A stretch of DNA of 32,889 bases, taken from positions 1 to 32,889 of the forward strand of contig WAPH01000016.1 of the NCBI GenBank assembly GCA_015520895.1. Reading direction: 5' to 3'. Position 1 is the first letter of the stretch, and each line of letters starts with the position of its first letter. This DNA is from Nanobdellati archaeon. GTDB lineage: Archaea > EX4484-52 > JAADEF01. This document shows, one piece after another, positions 26,633-32,889 of the stretch. A program made the position numbers and the translations under genes. The notes under the pieces are model-generated. The model saw only the letters and a program-made list of their open reading frames with translations. It had not been told where the DNA came from and ran no database searches.

Positions 26633-27240
26633 GTATTTTAAGCGATAGGGATATTAAGGAAAGAATAAAAGAAGGGAGTATTGTAATAGAACCCTTAGAT
26701 TTAGATGAGCAATTGGGGCCAAGTTCTTTAGATTTAAGATTAGGAAATAAGTTTAGGGTGTTTAAGCATGCTCATGTGGATATCATAGATCCAAAAAATT
26801 ATGATGATTCTTTACTGAGAGAATATGTGTTACAAAGAGGAAAAGTGAAGGTTCAAGAATATACTTATACAACATTATATATAAGTGATGAACCTTTTAT
26901 TATACATCCTGGTGAATTTGTTTTAGCATCTACCTTAGAAAGGGTTAAGATACCTTATGACATAACTGCGAGATTAGAGGGAAGAAGTAGTTTAGGAAGA
27001 CTGGGATTGTTAGTTCATGTTACTGCAGGATACATAGATCCGGGATTTGAAGGCAATATCACTTTAGAATTAGGGAATGTAGGTAAATTGCCATTGAAAC
27101 TTTATCCTGGTATGAGAATATGCCAACTTGTTTTTGAGAGTATGACTTCTCCTACTACTATGCCTTATAATAAAAGAGAAAAAAGCAAATATAAGGATGA
27201 GAAAGGCGCTACTTCTAGCAGAATAAGCAAAGATTTCTAA
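26629..27240 (+). CDS. dcd: dCTP deaminase
   Basis: ILSDRDI, PSSLDLRLG, EGRSSLGRLG, IDPGFEGNITLE, RICQL motifs. Confidence 0.95.
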   Translation: MSILSDRDIKERIKEGSIVIEPLDLDEQLGPSSLDLRLGNKFRVFKHAHVDIIDPKNYDDSLLREYVLQRGKVKVQEYTYTTLYISDEPFIIHPGEFVLASTLERVKIPYDITARLEGRSSLGRLGLLVHVTAGYIDPGFEGNITLELGNVGKLPLKLYPGMRICQLVFESMTSPTTMPYNKREKSKYKDEKGATSSRISKDF

Positions 27241-27265
27241 AAGTTTTTAATTATATATATTAGTT

Positions 27266-30200
27266 ATGCAAGCTGTTTATGAACATCTTTGTCCTGTTTG
27301 TGGAGGACCACTAACCTTTGAAGAAATTAAGAAAGGCATATGTTTTAAAAAATCTTTACCCCTTGATGCTTTTTATAAGGTTAAAGGTCTTGAAGAATTT
27401 GAGCAATTTTTTGGAAGAAAGTTAAGAGCTTTGCAAAGAGTTTGGGCTAATCGTGTATTGAGGCACGAAAGTTTTGCTATAGAAGCACCTACAGGTACAG
27501 GCAAAAGTAGTTTCGGTATTGCAATGGCAGAGTTTTTAGCTATGAAGGGTAAGAAGTGTTATATCTTAGTTCCTACTACTAATTTAGTAAAGCAGGCGTA
27601 TGATAAGATTAAGAATAAAAGTAAAGTTATTGTTTTTCATAAAGATTTAAAGAATAAAGATGAAGTGTTAGATAAAATAAAAAAGGGAGATTTTAGCATA
27701 CTTATTACTACTGCTGCTTTTTTAACTAAGCATTTTGATAAATTAGAAGGTAATGTTTTTGACTATATTTTTGTGGATGACTTGGATGCTGTTTTAAAAG
27801 CGTCTAGAAATATTAATAAAATCTTATTTCTTTTGGGTTATACTTTTAAAGATTTGAGAAGATCACAAGAGGAGCTTGAGAAAATAAGAAAGTGGAAAGG
27901 TATTTTAGTTATAGCTACGGCCACCTCTAAACCAGGAAAATCAACTCAATTATTAAGACAAGTTTTAGGTATTGATGCTAGTTCTTCTAAACATTCACTT
28001 CGTAATATAGAAGATTATTTGCTTCCTTCTCAGCATAAGGAAGAAAATTTGATAAATGTAATTAAGAAGTTAGAAGATGGCATAATTGTTTTCACAAATA
28101 CAGAGGATGAAGCTAACAATTTGGTAAAAATGCTTAAAGATCGCGGCTTCAAAGTGGGAAATGCAGAACATATAGATTTATTTAAGGAAAAGGAATTAAA
28201 TATTCTAGTAGGGGTAAGTGCGCCTTATGGAAAATTGGTTAGAGGATTAGATTTGCCAACGCGGGTTAAGTATGCAGTTTTCTATGAAGCACCCGTATTT
28301 CGCATAAAATTAAAGGAAGAGATAAGTGATAACTTAGTTAAAGTTTTGTTAAGTGTGTTTCGTAATCATGAAACTATTTCTAAACAATATTATGCTCTCT
28401 TACAGGATATCAATAAAGCAAGGGAAATTATAAAAGAAATACTTAATGATAAAAACTTCAAAGAGTATGCAATTAAAGGAGTAGTTATTAAAGATGAAGA
28501 GATACTTATACCTGATATAAAAACTTATATTCAAGCCTCAGGGAGAACTTCAAGAATGTACAGTAAAGGATTAACAAAAGGATTAAGTGTGGTTATAGAT
28601 GAAGAGGAAATTTTAGATGCATTCGCTATAAGGGCTAGTTTTTACGATATTGATTTTAAGAAATGGGATGAAAAAGAGATACTATTAATAAAAAAGGAGA
28701 TAGAAAAGGAAAGAGAAAGTATGTTAGCGAAAGGATGTGCGGAAGAGGAGTTAATCATACCGGCTTTAATGGTGGTAGAATCTCCTACTAAGGCCAAGCA
28801 AATTAGCAGATTTTTTGGAAAACCAGCTATTAAGATTAAAAATGGACAAGTTTTTTATGAAATTTTCAATGGCAAGTATGTGCTTACAATTACTGCATCT
28901 TTGGGTCATGTGGTCGACCTAATCACTCGTAACTATTATCACGGAGTTGAAGTAGATTTATCTTCTAAGAGTGTTGTACCTCATTATGATTCTATAAAGA
29001 AGTGTGCTTCTAGCGGTATCCAGTTTGTAGATGAAAATAAACAATGTGACGATCTTTTTGATTCTAAGAATATAATAGAGAATGTAAGGCAAGTAGCATA
29101 TGAAGAAGGATGGGTTATTATTGCTACAGATCCTGATACTGAAGGAGAAAAAATAGCATGGGACATTTCTAACTTAGCGGGGTTTTCCAAAGTTGCAAGA
29201 GCTGAATTTCATGAAATTACCAAAAATGCTGTGATTCACGCGTTGAATAACTTAAGGGAAATTAAACAATCTCAAGTGGATGCTCAAATTGTTAGAAGAG
29301 TAGAGGATAGATGGATAGGGTTTGAGTTGAGCAAAAAAGTACAGGAGTATTTTAAAAGGTCTGGACTTTCTGCTGGTCGCGTTCAAACGCCTGTTTTAGG
29401 GTGGATTATTGAGGCATATGATAAAAGTAAAGAAAAAAAGAAGGAGTGTATATTACATATAAATGATAAAAAAGTGATTATAGAAGAGAATTGTAATTAC
29501 ACAGATAAAGTAAAGGTAAAAGTTAAGGTTGTGAAAGAAAGAAAAGAAGAAATGATGCCCTTGCCTCCTTACACTACTGATGAGGTTCTTAAAGATGCTA
29601 ATAAAATACTTAAACTTTCTGCAACCGACGCTATGAATTCTTTACAAAAGTTATTTGAAAATGGTTTAATAACTTATCATAGAACAGACTCTACTCGTGT
29701 ATCAGATAAAGGACTTGATGTTGCAAAAATGTTTTTGGGTGATAAAGCAGTATTAAGGAGATGGGAATATGGAGAAGAGGGAGCACATGAATGTATAAGA
29801 CCTACCAAACCTTTAACTAAACAAGATGTTTTAACTATGATAGAACAAGGTATTTTAAGAGTCTCTGACACACTATCTTCTAAGGATTTAGCTTTATATG
29901 ATCTTATATTTAGAAGGTTCATGGCTTCTCAATCACCCAAGATTCTAGTTACTAGGGTTGTTTATGCTTTTAATGTTGATGGTAAAATGTTTGAAAAAGA
30001 GGAAATAAGAAGATATGAAGGAAGAGCTTATGAACTTTATCCTTATTTAGGATTCCCTTTAGACTTGAAAGAAGGAGAATATGACGGAAGAATAGAGACA
30101 AGATGGGTTCCTAAATATTATCCTTTAACACAAGCAGATGCTATTAGATTAATGAAAGAGAGGGGTATTGGTAGACCTAGTACTTACGCAACTATTCTTT

Positions 30201-30442
30201 CTAAATTATTAAAGCGCAGGTATGTTGTTGAGAAAGGAAGATTCTTAATACCTACAAGTTTAGGGAGAAAAGTTTATAATTTTCTTATGAATAACTATGA
30301 AGAGTATGTTAGCGAATCCACTACTAGAAAAATATACGAGATCATGGATAAGGTAGAACAAGGAGAATTAGAAGGCAACATGGTGCTTATAGATTTATAC
30401 AAGAAAATTAAAGCAATAACTTATCCTTCTAAAATTATATAA
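27266..30442 (+). CDS. rgy: reverse gyrase (unsplit)
   Basis: N-terminal CPVC finger, APTGTGKS, DDLD, RGLDLP, YIQASGRTSR, VESPTKA, DPDTEGE, SAGRVQ, ITYHRTD, GIGRPSTY. Confidence 0.97.
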   Translation: MQAVYEHLCPVCGGPLTFEEIKKGICFKKSLPLDAFYKVKGLEEFEQFFGRKLRALQRVWANRVLRHESFAIEAPTGTGKSSFGIAMAEFLAMKGKKCYILVPTTNLVKQAYDKIKNKSKVIVFHKDLKNKDEVLDKIKKGDFSILITTAAFLTKHFDKLEGNVFDYIFVDDLDAVLKASRNINKILFLLGYTFKDLRRSQEELEKIRKWKGILVIATATSKPGKSTQLLRQVLGIDASSSKHSLRNIEDYLLPSQHKEENLINVIKKLEDGIIVFTNTEDEANNLVKMLKDRGFKVGNAEHIDLFKEKELNILVGVSAPYGKLVRGLDLPTRVKYAVFYEAPVFRIKLKEEISDNLVKVLLSVFRNHETISKQYYALLQDINKAREIIKEILNDKNFKEYAIKGVVIKDEEILIPDIKTYIQASGRTSRMYSKGLTKGLSVVIDEEEILDAFAIRASFYDIDFKKWDEKEILLIKKEIEKERESMLAKGCAEEELIIPALMVVESPTKAKQISRFFGKPAIKIKNGQVFYEIFNGKYVLTITASLGHVVDLITRNYYHGVEVDLSSKSVVPHYDSIKKCASSGIQFVDENKQCDDLFDSKNIIENVRQVAYEEGWVIIATDPDTEGEKIAWDISNLAGFSKVARAEFHEITKNAVIHALNNLREIKQSQVDAQIVRRVEDRWIGFELSKKVQEYFKRSGLSAGRVQTPVLGWIIEAYDKSKEKKKECILHINDKKVIIEENCNYTDKVKVKVKVVKERKEEMMPLPPYTTDEVLKDANKILKLSATDAMNSLQKLFENGLITYHRTDSTRVSDKGLDVAKMFLGDKAVLRRWEYGEEGAHECIRPTKPLTKQDVLTMIEQGILRVSDTLSSKDLALYDLIFRRFMASQSPKILVTRVVYAFNVDGKMFEKEEIRRYEGRAYELYPYLGFPLDLKEGEYDGRIETRWVPKYYPLTQADAIRLMKERGIGRPSTYATILSKLLKRRYVVEKGRFLIPTSLGRKVYNFLMNNYEEYVSESTTRKIYEIMDKVEQGELEGNMVLIDLYKKIKAITYPSKII

Positions 30443-31217
30443 GGTTTTTTATGTCTTTTATGTCATATGAGAAATATTTTGGTTTTTCAGAAGGTTTTAG
30501 TTTTTTGATCATATCATGCACATGAGGATGAATAAGATAAGCATCAATACTTAGGAGTTGAGCAAAAGAAATATCAGAAAGGTTATTTGTTACTAAAATA
30601 GAAGAGGAAGGATAAAGGGCATAATTACTAAGTAAAGCATCTTTGAAGAACAAACTTGGTTTTCCTACAAATACTTTATTATATTTACCACATTCTTTTA
30701 AATAAGACAAGACAGGTAGAGTTATGGGAAATATTTCTTCTCCTATCTTCCAAAATATGGCATTATCTAAATGGTAAACTGTAGGTTTTTCTTCATCTTT
30801 ACTTAATGATATTCTTAAGCACGCTCCTCTCAATTTTTCATAGGTTAAAGTTCTATCTATTCCTATGACAATATGTTTAGAATTTTTACTTATTTCTATT
30901 CCTTCTTTCTCTAATTCTTTTAATAGGCCGTATTCCCCGATGAGGTATATTTTGTTTATGTTTTGTGATTTAAGCAAATGTATAAGAGCATCTGTGGAGG
31001 TAAATAAGTTTTTATCTTCGATATCTTCTAAGCCTTTTTCATATAATTTTTTTATGAATTGGCTTTTTGAATATGCAGAGTTATTGCTTAAAAGTATTAC
31101 TTTTTTATCTTCTGCTTTAAGATGTTCAAATATGTTAATGAATTGATCATTGAGATCTCTCCAATTCCATATAAAGCCATCAAGATTAAAAAGCCAAGTA
31201 GTGTATTTAAGCACCAT
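30435..31217 (-). CDS. HAD-superfamily IIA (NagD-like) protein with degenerate active site
   Basis: FNLDG, LSNNS, IGIDRTLTY, VGKPS motifs. Confidence 0.85.
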   Translation of the reverse strand: MVLKYTTWLFNLDGFIWNWRDLNDQFINIFEHLKAEDKKVILLSNNSAYSKSQFIKKLYEKGLEDIEDKNLFTSTDALIHLLKSQNINKIYLIGEYGLLKELEKEGIEISKNSKHIVIGIDRTLTYEKLRGACLRISLSKDEEKPTVYHLDNAIFWKIGEEIFPITLPVLSYLKECGKYNKVFVGKPSLFFKDALLSNYALYPSSSILVTNNLSDISFAQLLSIDAYLIHPHVHDMIKKLKPSEKPKYFSYDIKDIKNLI

Positions 31218-31279
31218 ATTTATGAGAAGTATTAAAAATTATTTAAAGTTTAGTGAAAAACTAAAATTAAGGTGAAAAT

Positions 31280-32032
31280 ATGATGAACTTACAATTTATT
31301 AGCATAGGTGCTTTTAAAGATATGCTTGATGCGTTACATGCTTTACTTACAGAAGGTACATTTGTTATTAATGATAAAGGTATTTCTTTTAAGGCAACTG
31401 ATCCTACTATGGTCACTTTAGTTGAATTGTTCTACGGAAAGGATAATTTTAACATTTATGAAGTAGAAGGAGAAGTTTATTTAACCTTAAACATTGATCT
31501 GTTAAGACAAAGTTTGAAAAAAACTAAAAGCACAGACAAGGTTAGTTTTGTAATTGATAAGGAGAATATTAATAGGCTCAATGTAATAATAGAAGGAAAA
31601 CATATTAAAAAGTTCGTATTACCTATTTTAGAAAGTGAGATAAAAGAAATACCCGAACTTAATTTAGAATTTAAAGGAGAGGCAGAGATACTTTCTAGTT
31701 TATTTGCTGAAACTGTGGAAGATGCATCTCATATTTCAGATGTTTTGGCTTTTAAGTTTAATTCTGACGAGTTAGTGATGGAAGCGGAAAGTGAATTAAC
31801 TTCTTTAAGCGCTCGATTTTCTAAAGATGTTGAAGGAGTTATAGATATAAAAGCGGAAGGAGAAGTAGTTGCTAAGTATTCTATAGATTATCTTAAAAAA
31901 ATAATTAAAGCTAAAAAGATTTCGCCTACGGTTAAGATATCTATAAATCAAGATGCTCCTGCAAGATTTGATTTTAGGGATAGCGATGACTTATGGATGT
32001 ATTATGTTTTAGCTCCACGAGTTGAGGAGTAA
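31280..32032 (+). CDS. pcn: PCNA sliding clamp
   Basis: KATDPTMVTLV, KYSIDYL, YVLAPRVEE motifs; 250 aa; SD AGGTGA. Confidence 0.96.
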   Translation: MMNLQFISIGAFKDMLDALHALLTEGTFVINDKGISFKATDPTMVTLVELFYGKDNFNIYEVEGEVYLTLNIDLLRQSLKKTKSTDKVSFVIDKENINRLNVIIEGKHIKKFVLPILESEIKEIPELNLEFKGEAEILSSLFAETVEDASHISDVLAFKFNSDELVMEAESELTSLSARFSKDVEGVIDIKAEGEVVAKYSIDYLKKIIKAKKISPTVKISINQDAPARFDFRDSDDLWMYYVLAPRVEE

Positions 32033-32033
32033 A

Positions 32034-32735
32034 ATGCTGTGGTTAATAGGATGCGGAATATGGGAACCAAAGGATATGTCTTTAAAAGCATACGAAATTC
32101 TTAAAACTGCCGATAAAGTATATTTAGAGGATTATACTTCTAAAACAGCAATAACTAAGAATTCTTTAGAAGAGTTGTTACATAGAGATGTTATAAGTTT
32201 AAATCGAGAAAAAGTGGAGAACTATAACTGGTTATTAGAAGAAGCAAACTCTAAAAATATTGCTTTAGTTATTAAAGGCGACGTTTTTGCAGCGACCACT
32301 CATTATTCTATATATCTTGCCAGTCAAAAGAAAGGTATAGAAGTTGAGGTAATTCATGGTTCTAGTGTTTTTACAGCCGTAGGTAAAGTAGGATTGTCTC
32401 TTTATCGTTATGGTATGGTTGTGTCTTTGCCGCATCCTAGCCTATTTCCTACCTATCCTACTAGTCCTTTTGAAAAAATAAAGAAGAATCTTAAAAACGA
32501 GATGCATACTTTGGTGCTTTTAGATATAGGTATGAAAGCAATAGAGGGTTTGAATTTGTTGGAAAAGTATTTGGGCAATGTGAAAATTGTGGTGTGTTAT
32601 GGTTTGGGAAGCAAGAATGAAAAAATATTTAAAGGTACTATTAAAGATCTAAAAAGAAGAGTGATGTACTTAGATGATAAAGCTACTTGTTTTGTTGTTC
32701 CTGCTAAAAGATTAGAGTTTTATGAAACATTGTAG
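32034..32735 (+). CDS. dph5: diphthine synthase
   Basis: LWLIGCG, VYLEDYTS, GDVFAATTH, GLSLYRYG, HTLVLLDI motifs; SD GAGGAG before ATG 32034. Confidence 0.93.
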   Translation: MLWLIGCGIWEPKDMSLKAYEILKTADKVYLEDYTSKTAITKNSLEELLHRDVISLNREKVENYNWLLEEANSKNIALVIKGDVFAATTHYSIYLASQKKGIEVEVIHGSSVFTAVGKVGLSLYRYGMVVSLPHPSLFPTYPTSPFEKIKKNLKNEMHTLVLLDIGMKAIEGLNLLEKYLGNVKIVVCYGLGSKNEKIFKGTIKDLKRRVMYLDDKATCFVVPAKRLEFYETL

Positions 32736-32749
32736 TTGCGTTAACTATA

Positions 32750-32792
32750 AATAATTTCTCTGCCCTAATTTCTCTATGGCAGAGAAATTATT
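32750..32792. repeat. perfect 15-bp inverted repeat spanning the pilin start codon
   Basis: AATAATTTCTCTGCC (32750-32764) / GGCAGAGAAATTATT (32778-32792). Confidence 0.9.
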
Positions 32793-32889
32793 CTCTTTAA
32801 CCAAAGAAATTAAAAACAAACCAAATCTTAAAAAAGCTATCTCAGCAACAATAGGATCAGTTCTATTAGTTGTATTCACAATAGCCATA
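32776..32889 (+). CDS. 5' end of an archaeal type IV pilin-like protein (class III signal peptide), cut by the window edge
   Basis: Own translation MAEKLFSLTKEIKNKPNLKKA/ISATIGSVLLVVFTIAI...: KK-A cleavage site followed by a hydrophobic helix; TATAAATA about 29 nt upstream. Confidence 0.75.
   Translation, partial: MAEKLFSLTKEIKNKPNLKKAISATIGSVLLVVFTIAI

Noticed and set aside
1293..31146. About 20 short (60-111 aa) ORFs antisense to or nested in long genes, e.g. 1293-1535, 3035-3217, 3966-4226, 25864-26199, 30865-31146
   Set aside because: Shadow frames of well-supported genes; Phe/Ser/Leu-rich mirror composition and no motifs
32745..32888. Minus-strand open frame MAIVNTTNRTDPIVAEIAF...
   Set aside because: Antisense to the plus-strand frame, which has a clear class III signal peptide and a TATA box

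Overview
AT-rich, very compact archaeal chromosomal window. Reverse gyrase points to a (hyper)thermophile. The overlapping genes and coiled-coil hypotheticals suggest a small-genome DPANN lineage (inference). It opens with two ORB-like boxes in front of orc1/cdc6 (probable replication origin). Housekeeping genes follow: endA, a ThiS/SAMP ubiquitin-like protein, pcc1, DUF167, dnaG, pfdB, an AmmeMemoRadiSAM radical SAM enzyme, APC permease, site-2 protease, M17 aminopeptidase, endonuclease IV, RNase J, thermonuclease, Nob1, aglB, aglH-like GPT, sufCBD plus DUF59, intron-containing tRNA-Phe(GAA), DUF1512, dcd, reverse gyrase, a HAD-IIA protein, PCNA, dph5, and the start of an uncalled pilin-like gene. 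No CRISPR array, rRNA or transposase was seen. The best candidate for an undescribed system is a single-domain KaiC-like ATPase clustered with three uncharacterised coiled-coil proteins and a small membrane protein (11087-14762). Other leads: an apparent ATA-initiated aminopeptidase, a splicing endonuclease lacking the usual catalytic Lys, perfect 14-bp and 15-bp inverted repeats at the dnaG and pilin starts, a HAD pseudo-phosphatase, and a Cys/NAH-repeat surface protein next to the N-glycosylation genes. All family calls come from motif recognition, not database searches.
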